From the IMG/VR virus record IMGVR_UViG_3300043571_000417, positions 1-32,480 of that record: a stretch of DNA of 32,480 nt, one strand, 5' to 3'. The position numbers were made by a program, and so were the translations under genes. The first letter of the stretch is position 1; each line of letters starts with the position of its first letter. Of this stretch, positions 1 through 9,227 are shown in pieces. Below the pieces are notes generated by a model. The model had not been told where the DNA came from, searched no databases, and saw nothing but the letters and a program-made list of their open reading frames with translations. Source of the DNA: a virus.

Positions 1-299
1 GGACGCTTTTCGGCATCCATTACGAATACTTTAGACATTTAAAAATAACTCTTTCGAGCCTCCGATAAATCGGGTAATGTGTGCCTCGTCAATGTTATTG
101 GGCGGTACTATCTAAGTGACACTGACTTAATTGCTGTACATCTGTTTAATCACTTAGTTATAGAGCATGGGACTGGCAACGCATCCCAAGGTATGAACTT
201 AAACGCTTCCCAATAACGTAGCTCAGTAAAGAGCTTAGACTGGTTAACTATTTACCAACAAACTACATTGGTAAACCTTGATTCTTGACTGTTTTCATT

Positions 300-339
300 A
301 TACACAAATAACGCAAAAAAAACAAGTTTATTTGTGTAT
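300..339. terminator. Perfect 12-bp AT-rich hairpin (ATACACAAATAA ... TTATTTGTGTAT), probable terminator at the end of the leftward operon
   Basis: Arms 300-311 and 328-339, followed by TTTTT on +; lies immediately beyond the stop of ORF 350-793(-). Confidence 0.5.
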
Positions 340-349
340 TTTTAAAAGG

Positions 350-793
350 TCAAGAGCAAAAGCAATCGTCAACCTTGATAACTTCGATCTCGACACAAAG
401 GGCTTTTAATCGCTCATAAGCCACCACCGGATCGGCTTCAAAATCAACCGGACTAGATCCGTCCATCGGCGCGTCAGACACCGCCCCTAATGGCTCATAG
501 GCACGGGATTTATTATTCCAAAAAAACACCCTGTTAATATGCCGTTCCGTTGCTTCCGGTGTTTCAAGAAAGCAATAGATCAACCCCGTAATAATGGCTT
601 GCCTGACATCAGTCCGAAACCGTCGTTTATCGAGTTTGACTGTCCACAATTCGGTCAATAGTTCCTCGTCGGTTTCTGAGTCATACCAAAGGCACTCACA
701 AGAAAATATATGTAAGTCATTGTCATGAATTTTAGGGGCGGGTTGAAATCCTTTTTTAGCGGGTTTGGTTTTGGCTTTAGTTGATGTTTTCAT
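350..793 (-). CDS. Hypothetical protein (147 aa)
   Basis: Intact ORF, last gene of a tightly packed leftward operon. Confidence 0.7.
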   Translation of the reverse strand: MKTSTKAKTKPAKKGFQPAPKIHDNDLHIFSCECLWYDSETDEELLTELWTVKLDKRRFRTDVRQAIITGLIYCFLETPEATERHINRVFFWNNKSRAYEPLGAVSDAPMDGSSPVDFEADPVVAYERLKALCVEIEVIKVDDCFCS

Positions 794-795
794 GG

Positions 796-1827
796 TTAGT
801 TAATTGATTTTAAGATTGCCAGACCTAATTCTTTAGCCAATAACGGAGGCACGGCGTTTCCTATTATTTGTTGGCTTAAAGTTTTGGATTCTGGGAATTG
901 ATAGGAGTCGGGGAAAGTCTGGAGCCGTGCCGTCGCTTTCTGACTAATTCGTTTAATTTGGCTTCCCTGCACGATGTCCGCCCAATGGGTTGAAACATCC
1001 TTCATAGCTCGAATTGTTGGGCAGGGTTTGTTCTGTGGAGTCGGGAGAATATTCTTGATGCAAGCTCCCGCTCGGGGGATTAACAGGATAGGAGAATGCG
1101 AGTTAACATGACCACTCACAATAGTAAAACTTGGATCGTTTGACTCCCGAACTGTAGCCTGTCTAATGAGTTGTTTCCCAATATCAATCCAGGCTTTTTC
1201 TGGTAAATAACCCAATTCATTTAGTCGCTTAATCTGCCAGTCTGCAAGCTCACAGTCCTGCATTTCTGGGATTAAATCACTAATAGCTTGATACCATCCC
1301 TTTCTAGGCTTTGATTCGGGAAAATATGGGAGGGGTTCTGAGTTTTTGACTGCCCACATGATTAATCGTTTCCGGTTCTGTGGAACCCCATAATCCGCCG
1401 CGTCAAGAATCAACCAATGGTAGCGATATCCACAATCAATCAGCGATCGCAATATCGCCTCAAATGTCGGTGATTTTGAATATCCTGGTACATTCTCAAG
1501 AACCACCCATCGAGGAGACAATGTTGCAATATAATCACAGCAATAAAGCCCCGCATCTTTATCTTTATGGTCAGGAATATCACCACGCCGCGCCATTGAA
1601 TATTGCTGACATGGGGGACTCATCCAAAGCAGATCAACCCGTTCCATGAGATGAGTGCGAATTTCACCGACGCAAGAATTAAATATTTTAGTATTAGGGA
1701 GATTTACTTGGGCAACTTTAGCAATTTTAGGATCTCGCTCAACTCCCCAAATAGACTTAAATCCTGCTGACTCTAGGCCTAAATCTGCGCCACCACCGCC
1801 TGTAAATAATGTTGCAAATGTTAACAT
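796..1827 (-). CDS. DNA (cytosine-5-)-methyltransferase
   Basis: Motif I FTGGGGADLGLESAG, motif IV SPPCQQYS, motif VI WVVLENV, motif VIII-like QNRKRLIMW, C-terminal IGNAVPPLLAKELG. Confidence 0.95.
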   Translation of the reverse strand: MLTFATLFTGGGGADLGLESAGFKSIWGVERDPKIAKVAQVNLPNTKIFNSCVGEIRTHLMERVDLLWMSPPCQQYSMARRGDIPDHKDKDAGLYCCDYIATLSPRWVVLENVPGYSKSPTFEAILRSLIDCGYRYHWLILDAADYGVPQNRKRLIMWAVKNSEPLPYFPESKPRKGWYQAISDLIPEMQDCELADWQIKRLNELGYLPEKAWIDIGKQLIRQATVRESNDPSFTIVSGHVNSHSPILLIPRAGACIKNILPTPQNKPCPTIRAMKDVSTHWADIVQGSQIKRISQKATARLQTFPDSYQFPESKTLSQQIIGNAVPPLLAKELGLAILKSIN

Positions 1828-2390
1828 TAGAAATCCTCCTCAACAATTGTTAAGCCACAGCCGGGGAGGATTAAACTGGGATTGTTTGAAGCCATTAATT
1901 CAACCATTCCAGATGGTAAACAACGCCGGACTATTAATGTCATGCTGTCTAAATTTCTGTCAGTAGTTTTGACGCGATCGCCTTCTTTAAAAACGTAATC
2001 ACCCAACAATATTTGTTCCCCCCTGACCATCCGAACAAATAGCTTTATTTTGTCCGAGTCCAGGGATTCTCGGACTCCACCCCATGCCCATTCAATTGTT
2101 ATTTTATTTCTTCGACAATTAACAACCCGCCCAACATATCGAGGGTCGCTTTTAAGTTGAACAATATCGGTTTTTTTGTAGGGGCTTGAGTCGGAAACTT
2201 CCTCAAAACTTAGGGTTTCCGATCTTCCCTCTTTAAATACTTGACAGGTTTGTTTCATTGAATTAAATCCCTCAACCCGCCAAGCTGTTCCCTTAATTAA
2301 ATAGTTTGAGCGGTGTTTGTGAGGGTCAATCTCTACCCACTCACCAATTTTTAAGACTCTTTCAATTATCTTCTTGGTTGCTGCGGTCAT
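1827..2390 (-). CDS. Hypothetical protein (187 aa), possibly with small beta-barrel/SH3-like segments
   Basis: Intact ORF abutting the MTase; segments such as YKKTDIVQLKSDPRYVGRVVNCRRNKITIEW resemble KOW/SH3-like strands (weak). Confidence 0.6.
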   Translation of the reverse strand: MTAATKKIIERVLKIGEWVEIDPHKHRSNYLIKGTAWRVEGFNSMKQTCQVFKEGRSETLSFEEVSDSSPYKKTDIVQLKSDPRYVGRVVNCRRNKITIEWAWGGVRESLDSDKIKLFVRMVRGEQILLGDYVFKEGDRVKTTDRNLDSMTLIVRRCLPSGMVELMASNNPSLILPGCGLTIVEEDF

Positions 2391-2394
2391 GGCG

Positions 2395-2823
2395 TTAATT
2401 AACCTCTTTTTTGTATTTTCGGGTCGGTGTTTCTAATGCTTTCTTTAGTGACCAACCCCGTTGAAGTCTTTGAGCAAAATATTGGAGGGTCATCGGGGGG
2501 TTTTGGTTTTGGTAAATCCATTCAACGGTATGTTGTCTTCCCCTGAAATAATAGGTTTTAAAAATGGGATTAGGGGGGATGATTTTGTCTTTAATCTCCT
2601 GGATTCTTTCTTCCGACAGTGGTTCGATTTTGTATCTGCCATAAGTTAGTGGCTTAATGATTTCAAACTTAAGAAACCGTTTTATTCTGGTGTTTGCGTT
2701 TGGAATATTCAAATTAAACTTATCGCGCATTTCTTGAACTTTAAAGGAAGTTTTGCCTTGTCTCTGTTGTTCGTAAAACCAATTGATAATACTTCCTAAG
2801 TCTTCCCAACCAAGTCTATCCAT
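2395..2823 (-). CDS. Hypothetical protein (142 aa), possible winged-helix/HTH
   Basis: Intact ORF directly after dnaB; KTSFKVQEMRDKFNLNIPNANTRIKRFLKFEIIKPL looks HTH-like. Confidence 0.6.
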   Translation of the reverse strand: MDRLGWEDLGSIINWFYEQQRQGKTSFKVQEMRDKFNLNIPNANTRIKRFLKFEIIKPLTYGRYKIEPLSEERIQEIKDKIIPPNPIFKTYYFRGRQHTVEWIYQNQNPPMTLQYFAQRLQRGWSLKKALETPTRKYKKEVN

Positions 2824-5427
2824 TTAGTTCATCCCCCGTACTAAATTTTTAAATTGGGTAAATTGAGAATCGAATAATAACTTAACTGTTCCGGTGGGGC
2901 CGTTGCGATGTTTGGCTAAAATTAATTCAGCTATTCCCGCGTCCGAAGTGTTGGGATTATAATAATCATCTCGATAGATCATCATTACTAAGTCCGCGTC
3001 CTGTTCTGTTGAGTTGTGAACAACAATGTTATTGGCAACAAAGTTATGTAGTCCAGGAACCGTTAAATCGAAAACTTCCTCCTCGCCAGTAGGGATGATT
3101 GAGACTATTTCATCCCAATAAACATCACTATTGCTAAGAGCAAGTAATTCATCTGATTGAACAATATTGGCAACTTTTAAAGCTCTCTCTCGACTTAAAT
3201 TTGCCTTATAAAGCCCAGAACCACAGTAGGACTGTCCCATGTGAGATTGTATTTCTCGTGTTGTCATCCCAATAATTTGCATTGCGGGTACAACTTGATT
3301 TCTCCAAACTTCTTTGGGAATTACATCTCTATTAGGATTATGAATGCAATCTTCAAAATGTTCAGATATTTCTTGTAGTGAACTTGATTTGTATTTTCCT
3401 ACTGCCCCAACATTTTGAGCAAATAATTCTAAATCGATCTTGCCTGTGATGATGACATTGTATTGATCTCTACCCTTGCCGAGTTGGGGGTTTCTTTTGA
3501 GTCTTGCATTAATACCCAGTCTTAATAAAAGTGTCTGGACATTAGACGCTAATTTTTGACTACTACTTGCATAATAAGCAATGGGTCTCGGTTTTTTCCC
3601 TGCAACCAACTTAATACAACCGTCTGTACTCCAAAGATGTCTTAAAAAGCAAGCTATCAACTCTTTTGGCTGCAAAAACACATCTTGAGGTACAAACTTT
3701 TCGTAAGACCTTAATCCAAAAACTCCGAGAGAATCCAGCCATTTAGCTATAGGGTTTCTGACACCGTGAGTTAATCGTTGTTTGGCTGGTAAGTAAACCT
3801 GATACCAGTTGCGCTCAGGGGAAATTCTGGGGACAATAGTGTCTCCAAATAATTGTTTAGTCATCAACACAACGTTTTCAGCCAAATCAATTTCCCTGGT
3901 TGTGTATTGGATGGTATGCCGTGGCAACGTACAACCATCACCTATTAAATGTCCTAACAATGCAACCTCTGAATGAGTCATAGTTTGTTTACCCTCGGTC
4001 GATAAATGTCTTGGCAAACATATATGCTGTTTAGGACTTAATTCATCCAGTCTTTTCCAACCCTGAATTGTCAAGAATTTGTGATTGGCAGTTGCCTTAA
4101 TTTTTCGTCCTAGCCGAGTTGTTAGGGTAAATACAGGTTTGACCCCAGTAGAAAAAGCATTGCTAACAACCGCACTTTCCAGTTTCATTGTTTCTTCGTT
4201 TAATGCCCAAACTAGAAACCCTGATTTACCTACCAATTCCTTAATAGGTACTTGTAATCCAGTATCTGCTAATGTGATTAAGCTGTCACCCGTCAAGCAA
4301 CCCGACTCTCTCAAATCCGCAAGCATTGGGCGTTTGTTTGTGCGAGATTCAACGGCACGACTTAACTGAGATAAGGCAATTACAGGAACGTTTAAATCTT
4401 TTGCCATTCCCTTTAATCCCCTTGTAATTCTTGACAATTCTTGCACCCGATTATCGCTTCCTCCGTCCATTAATTGCAGATAATCTATTAGGATTAATCC
4501 TAATTTTCCATCGTTTTCGGCTTGCAATTTTTGGGCTTTTTTCTTGATTTCGTTAACTGTTGGATTCGAGGTGTCGTCAATAAAAATCGGTAATTCTGCT
4601 AAGGAACTAATTGCGGTTGTCAAAGGTTCCCATTCCTCTTGCTGAATGTTTCCTGAACGAATGCGGGTACTTTCAATTTTGGCTTCGCTCGATAATAGTC
4701 TTTGGACTAATTGACCTTTGGACATTTCTAAACTGAAGACTGCGACGGGTAGCCCTTTTTTGGCAATGTTATATCCAAAATTTAAAGCCAAACTCGATTT
4801 GCCCATTGCAGGTCTTCCTGCCACAATAATTAAGTCGGTGTGTTGGAATCCTCCAGTCATAGCATCGAGGTCATAAAATCCAGAGGGAACGCCGGGGGGA
4901 ATCTTGCTTTCGCTCCGGTCTTCAATTTCTTGAAAGGTATCAATTAAAGTTTCACCAATCGAAACTAAATCCTGTTGTGATTTTGATTGGGAAATATTGG
5001 CAATTTGTTCCTCTGACTTTTGGAGAATTGTCTCTAAAGGTTGACTGGTATCTTCTGCCAATTCAATAATTTTATGGGCAGATTCAATTAGGTTTCTTCG
5101 AGTTTGCTTATCGGCAATTAACAGCCCGTATTGATCAATGTTAACTGCTGAAACTGTGCGGTCTAATAATTGGGTTAATCCTAATTGTCCCCCGGCTTTT
5201 TCAAGTAATTTCTGATCGGATAACCAGGTAGTGACGGTCATTAAATCCGTGGTTATTCCCTCGGAATGTAATGCTAAAGCTGCTTTGTAGATTGTTTGAT
5301 GCGATCGCAGCGAAAAGGATTTAGCAGTTAGCGTTTCCGCAACTCGCCCCATAGCTTCGGGGTCTAAGAGAATCGCTCCCAAAACGGCTTGTTCTGCCTC
5401 AACATTTTGCATGATTATTGTTTCCAT
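2824..5427 (-). CDS. dnaB: Replicative DNA helicase DnaB containing an in-frame intein
   Basis: N-terminal QNVEAEQAVLGAILLD, Walker A AGRPAMGKSS, Walker B LILIDYLQLM, RPMLADLRESG / STEQDADLVMMIYR flanking the intein. Confidence 0.97.
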   Translation of the reverse strand: METIIMQNVEAEQAVLGAILLDPEAMGRVAETLTAKSFSLRSHQTIYKAALALHSEGITTDLMTVTTWLSDQKLLEKAGGQLGLTQLLDRTVSAVNIDQYGLLIADKQTRRNLIESAHKIIELAEDTSQPLETILQKSEEQIANISQSKSQQDLVSIGETLIDTFQEIEDRSESKIPPGVPSGFYDLDAMTGGFQHTDLIIVAGRPAMGKSSLALNFGYNIAKKGLPVAVFSLEMSKGQLVQRLLSSEAKIESTRIRSGNIQQEEWEPLTTAISSLAELPIFIDDTSNPTVNEIKKKAQKLQAENDGKLGLILIDYLQLMDGGSDNRVQELSRITRGLKGMAKDLNVPVIALSQLSRAVESRTNKRPMLADLRESGCLTGDSLITLADTGLQVPIKELVGKSGFLVWALNEETMKLESAVVSNAFSTGVKPVFTLTTRLGRKIKATANHKFLTIQGWKRLDELSPKQHICLPRHLSTEGKQTMTHSEVALLGHLIGDGCTLPRHTIQYTTREIDLAENVVLMTKQLFGDTIVPRISPERNWYQVYLPAKQRLTHGVRNPIAKWLDSLGVFGLRSYEKFVPQDVFLQPKELIACFLRHLWSTDGCIKLVAGKKPRPIAYYASSSQKLASNVQTLLLRLGINARLKRNPQLGKGRDQYNVIITGKIDLELFAQNVGAVGKYKSSSLQEISEHFEDCIHNPNRDVIPKEVWRNQVVPAMQIIGMTTREIQSHMGQSYCGSGLYKANLSRERALKVANIVQSDELLALSNSDVYWDEIVSIIPTGEEEVFDLTVPGLHNFVANNIVVHNSTEQDADLVMMIYRDDYYNPNTSDAGIAELILAKHRNGPTGTVKLLFDSQFTQFKNLVRGMN
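3013..4299 (-). mobile_element. Intein (429 aa) with LAGLIDADG-type homing endonuclease domain, at the ESG/C...HN/S site of DnaB
   Basis: Starts CLTGDSLITL, block B TANHKF, LAGLIDADG-like LLGHLIGDG and FLRHLWSTDG, ends VPGLHNFVANNIVVHN before extein Ser. Confidence 0.95.
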
Positions 5428-6014
5428 TATTTCGCTCCATTTAAGTTTTTATTCATTTTTGTGGCGATCAGGTTATTTAGAAATTCCTGATTTTTTACCC
5501 GTTGTTCCTCCGAAATTTGTGGCTTGAGGTGAGAGGGTTTAAATTCAATTTGCTCACGAGGGATGATCACAACCGGGCGCTCAAATTCTTTGGGGGGGGA
5601 TTGCCAATATTTTTGGACGTGGGTTTGAAAGTTGAAACTCAAGCCTTGAAGTGTGGCGTTAGGGAGTGATCCGAGGTAGGACATCCCACCAAGTTGAGTG
5701 ATCGCGTACTGGGTAGCGTCATCCAAGTCGGCCAAGGAATTATTAGCGATCGCCTCCAAGGTTTTTGCCCATCGGTCTAGGATTGCTGCTTTGTCCGAAC
5801 CCTTGGCTAGTTCGACTAATTCCTTGGCTGATAGGTCGTGGTTGCACCCGTAGTTGATGAGCGCCCGATCAACGGCTAACTCTAATTCCTGTTCTGATAG
5901 GTTTTCCGAGAAGTGGACACACCACGCCTTGAGAGTCCGTGGGGACAGGTTTTGCAAGGCGGTGAAGTGAGCTTGAAGGTCTTGGATCTGTTTTGTCAAA
6001 AAGTTGATGTCCAT
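5427..6014 (-). CDS. Hypothetical protein, candidate helicase loader / replication accessory protein
   Basis: ORF 5427-6074; Met at 6014 (MDINFLTKQIQDL) preferred because the upstream gene stops at 6017. Role inferred only from position next to dnaB. Confidence 0.6.
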   Translation of the reverse strand: MDINFLTKQIQDLQAHFTALQNLSPRTLKAWCVHFSENLSEQELELAVDRALINYGCNHDLSAKELVELAKGSDKAAILDRWAKTLEAIANNSLADLDDATQYAITQLGGMSYLGSLPNATLQGLSFNFQTHVQKYWQSPPKEFERPVVIIPREQIEFKPSHLKPQISEEQRVKNQEFLNNLIATKMNKNLNGAK

Positions 6015-6016
6015 GT

Positions 6017-7171
6017 TTAACCTGCCTTTTTGGTTTGTCGGGCTTCGATTTCTTTTTGGGCTTCTAATGCCCAATCGGGGAGTACATCGGATCGAACTTG
6101 CGGGGTTTGGCGTTCCATCCAGCGATCACTAAATTCCATCAAATGTCTACCGTAGTTGGATAGTAGGGTTCTCAGTCCCAGATTTCCTTGATTACGGAAC
6201 CAGCCAAACTTAGTAGTCGGATCGTTGATTTCTTTTAAGGCATTCTCTAAGCGCGTCAAAAATGCCTCTAAATCGCCTTGAAAGTTCTCAGAGGATAAAA
6301 GACTATCTACCATCACTCTGATATCCCTGTGAAGGTTGTTAACGGGCAACCAGGCGCTAGGTTTATTGGATTGGTATATCTCAACGATCCGGGCTTGATG
6401 TTCCTTTTTGTGAACACTATAAATTGGTGTCGGCGCGGCGGATATCTGATCCTCGGATAAAATGCTTTTTTGTTCAGGTGCGCCCTGTTGTATGGCTTGA
6501 GGAGGTTCAACTGGTTTGGGGCTGCGTTCTTCTCCCCCTCCGGTCAAGTTCTCCCCCTCCCCCTCCTCAGAAAGACATCCGGTTCCCCCTTGGGGGGTAA
6601 GGGGGGATCTTTCTAATACGTTTTTTTGATTTGTATTTGTATCTATGTATTTATCTGGATCGGGTTCTCCATTACGGTTTTTCCATGATGGATTTTCCGT
6701 TACGGTTTTTCCGTTGTGGTTCCACTGTGGATTTTCCGTTGTGGTTTCTTGTGAAAGTTTCTGTTTTTTTGCCTTAGCTTTGGATGGACTGAATGGGTCT
6801 GTAATCTTCTCTACGTCTTCTTTTGGCATTTGTTCTAAATATTTTTCCTTGAGTTGGGGAGTCTCAAAAACGATGTACCGAGAAGACCATAAACCGCCTG
6901 CGTCACGCCACCGCAAATAAAGCAAATAACCAGCTTGACTGAGTTCTGCCAACCCGCTTAATATCGAATCCCTGCCATCGGGCTTGACACCGCAAAGGTG
7001 GCTAAGACTAATTTTCCAGTTACTCGGATAGCTGATTAAGAGGCTCAATAAACCCGTGGCTTTAAGACCTAAGTTTGGGTCTTGAACAGCCGAATTATCA
7101 ATCATCACAAAGTCACGATTATGACGCTCGACTGAGATAATGTCCCCTCCTTGCTGACGTTCTCTTTTCAT
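6017..7171 (-). CDS. HTH-domain replication-type protein
   Basis: N-terminal LGLKATGLLSLLISYPSNWKISLSHLCGVKPDGRDSILSGLAELSQAGYL resembles the winged-helix of phage/plasmid replication proteins; first gene of the dnaB operon. Confidence 0.65.
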   Translation of the reverse strand: MKRERQQGGDIISVERHNRDFVMIDNSAVQDPNLGLKATGLLSLLISYPSNWKISLSHLCGVKPDGRDSILSGLAELSQAGYLLYLRWRDAGGLWSSRYIVFETPQLKEKYLEQMPKEDVEKITDPFSPSKAKAKKQKLSQETTTENPQWNHNGKTVTENPSWKNRNGEPDPDKYIDTNTNQKNVLERSPLTPQGGTGCLSEEGEGENLTGGGEERSPKPVEPPQAIQQGAPEQKSILSEDQISAAPTPIYSVHKKEHQARIVEIYQSNKPSAWLPVNNLHRDIRVMVDSLLSSENFQGDLEAFLTRLENALKEINDPTTKFGWFRNQGNLGLRTLLSNYGRHLMEFSDRWMERQTPQVRSDVLPDWALEAQKEIEARQTKKAG

Positions 7172-7301
7172 GCCGCCCCCTTTTTTAGTGATGTAAAATC
7201 CACACTTTCTGGAATTGAAATCTTCATATTTTCCTCAAGAATTTTAGGGAAAATGATGATCAGCTTCTTCGATCATCTCCCCGTTTAGGCTGTTGTTCCG
7301 A

Positions 7302-7317
7302 CGGGGAATTTTCCCCG
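7302..7317. repeat. Short GC-rich palindrome CGGGGAATTTTCCCCG
   Basis: Perfect except central TT/TT spacing; intergenic between divergent modules. Confidence 0.5.
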
Positions 7318-7607
7318 ATTTTCTGTGATGATTCGCAGAAAAATAAACAATTTATGACTGCGAAAATTGCTAGACTGATTGCGATTTTTTTCATTTCATT
7401 ATTTAGGAAACCAAAGGGAATGCTTGAATCTTCCCTCTGGTTAATAGGTGTTCTACAATCTGCCCGTTCAATTTCATCCCATAGGCATTTTTCCTTTCCG
7501 TGTTTTTCCCTTACGATTTACAAAGCCGATCCGTCCAGGGAAGGCTTGTTGTTTCAGGGGTGCAGGAATCTGGTGATTTGGTCTTGCCAGATTCCTACAG
7601 TATTGCT

Positions 7608-7943
7608 ATGGTAGAACAAAAATCTTATAATGTCAATATAAGAAATGATGAAAATAATGATGGACATGGAGGCGAAGAAATTATGGTTCCTTATAGTCGG
7701 GTCTTGATGATTTCCTGGGATAAGAAGGCGGGCGCAGCACTAAGAAAGATTAGAGACGCTACAAAATTATCGCGTCGGCAGTTGGCAGAATTGACTAACG
7801 GAGCCGTGTCTGAACCCACGATCATTAAATTAGAGCTTGGAGATGTTGAGGCTGTGAGTAGAGAAAAGCTGGATGCTTTGCTGTGGAGTCTTGGCAGTGA
7901 TATTAGTTCAGTCTTCCCTACGGTACTTGTAAAAAACTTTTGA
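7608..7943 (+). CDS. XRE-like HTH transcriptional regulator
   Basis: ORF 7500-7943; likely start MVEQKSYN. HTH: AALRKIRDATKLSRRQLAELTNGAVSEPTIIKLELGDVEAVSREKLDALLWSL. Confidence 0.75.
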   Translation: MVEQKSYNVNIRNDENNDGHGGEEIMVPYSRVLMISWDKKAGAALRKIRDATKLSRRQLAELTNGAVSEPTIIKLELGDVEAVSREKLDALLWSLGSDISSVFPTVLVKNF

Positions 7944-7950
7944 AAATCGC

Positions 7951-7982
7951 TTGACAATCTTATAATGCTGTTATAAGATTGT
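7951..7982 (+). promoter_or_regulatory. Sigma70-like promoter overlapping a perfect 11-bp inverted repeat (operator)
   Basis: TTGACA at 7951-7956; CAATCTTATAA (7955-7965) tgctg TTATAAGATTG (7971-7981); a -10-like TAAGAT/TATAAG lies in the right arm. Confidence 0.75.
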
Positions 7983-8061
7983 AGATACAAAGCCAAAAGC
8001 GGTCAGCACCCGACTACAACATCAGTGCCAACCGCTTAGGGATAAAACCCAATCAAAAACC

Positions 8062-8553
8062 ATGATAGCAACAACCGTCCAAATTAATCAAGTCCAGTCC
8101 CCCGCATTAAAAGAAGCCTTGGCACTGGCAAGCAATAAAGAAATTCTCGCACAAATCCTGGCGTGGGATTCCTGCGGCACTTGTAGCTACGAGCCTGATG
8201 AGATTGTAGCCGTCAAATATAAGGAGGATATCGTGAGAGTTGAGTTAACCGATGGTCGCGCCACCCACTTATCCGACAATCAAATTCTAAATTACTGGGA
8301 GCAAATTCAAACAAAAAAACAGCCCGAAGAAAAAGTTGATGTTGTCAAACTAGCCAAAGAAACAGGAACGGCTGTTTATGAAAACGGTTGTAAGTTGGGC
8401 TTCGTAGTCCAGTACCGCAAAGACTTTTATGCGGTTTCTGAGATGTTGGTTCACGGTCGGGGGTTTCAATATTCCCAATCCCGCCATAGTTCGTTTCAGT
8501 TAGCCGCCGATGCTTTGGTTGAACAGTCTTGGGTTGACGAGGAGGTGGCGTGA
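8062..8553 (+). CDS. Hypothetical protein (163 aa)
   Basis: First intact ORF downstream of the promoter/operator. Confidence 0.75.
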   Translation: MIATTVQINQVQSPALKEALALASNKEILAQILAWDSCGTCSYEPDEIVAVKYKEDIVRVELTDGRATHLSDNQILNYWEQIQTKKQPEEKVDVVKLAKETGTAVYENGCKLGFVVQYRKDFYAVSEMLVHGRGFQYSQSRHSSFQLAADALVEQSWVDEEVA

Positions 8554-8798
8554 TGAAATCAAAGGAACTGAAGGTACAGCGCATTGAATACAGTTACATT
8601 GGACTAGATGGAGATATCTGTTTTGAACCCAACGAAGGGTTTTATTACGTCCACAAAGGATATGCAATTGTTGATAAAACCAAGAAAGTATTGAAATCAA
8701 TTGCCCGCCCATCTGGGTTTGAAGTATGGGCGTATCGGTACAACGCTGTCAACAGACTTATGGATATAGAACAATCTAAATCCGAGGAAGTGGCGTGA
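8550..8798 (+). CDS. Hypothetical protein (82 aa)
   Basis: 4-bp stop/start overlap with its neighbours. Confidence 0.65.
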   Translation: MMKSKELKVQRIEYSYIGLDGDICFEPNEGFYYVHKGYAIVDKTKKVLKSIARPSGFEVWAYRYNAVNRLMDIEQSKSEEVA

Positions 8799-9013
8799 TA
8801 GAAACTAAAGAGGTTTTTATTAATAAAAACCTACTCACGGCAATGAAGGTGATTTTAGACGGTGAATCTTCATTGCCAGATGAGGAAGTGGTATCTAGGG
8901 CAAAAAAATTATTAACCTTTCTGTACAAGGAAAAGGTAAATAACAGGATGATTGAACTAGCAAAAGAATTAATTGAATTGCTAGATCGAAAACTAGAAAC
9001 AATAGATGATTAA
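8795..9013 (+). CDS. Hypothetical protein (72 aa)
   Basis: 4-bp overlap with preceding ORF. Confidence 0.6.
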   Translation: MIETKEVFINKNLLTAMKVILDGESSLPDEEVVSRAKKLLTFLYKEKVNNRMIELAKELIELLDRKLETIDD

Positions 9014-9025
9014 GGATGTGGCGTA

Positions 9026-9226
9026 ATGGATGATGTCAAAGAGTTAGCTGAAGAATTTGCCAGATTAATTCAAGAAAGGGATTCGATTCCTTTTCATAAA
9101 CAGGAAACAAATGCCCGATGTGTGGAGATTGACGACAAGCTAATTCCTTTAGTCATCTCACAGGTTCCCCGTGGAACGATGAATGAGTTTAACGAATTAA
9201 TTAATTCGATTCTTGGAGAAAACTAA
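9026..9226 (+). CDS. Hypothetical protein (66 aa)
   Basis: Intact short ORF in operon context. Confidence 0.55.
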   Translation: MDDVKELAEEFARLIQERDSIPFHKQETNARCVEIDDKLIPLVISQVPRGTMNEFNELINSILGEN

Positions 9227-9227
9227 C

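Noticed and set aside
1-349. tRNA, tmRNA or group I/II intron at the left edge
   Set aside because: Local hairpins exist, but no T-loop (GTTCNA), anticodon arm or intron core motifs could be recognised by eye; cmscan would be needed.
1380-1966. Plus-strand ORFs 1380-1649 and 1655-1966 over the C5 methyltransferase
   Set aside because: Shadow frames of a strongly supported gene.
796-2823. Restriction-modification system
   Set aside because: Only the methyltransferase is recognisable; neighbours show no clear endonuclease motif, so only an orphan MTase is claimed.
4085-4369. Plus-strand ORF inside the intein
   Set aside because: Antisense to well-conserved intein/DnaB sequence; no supporting motif.
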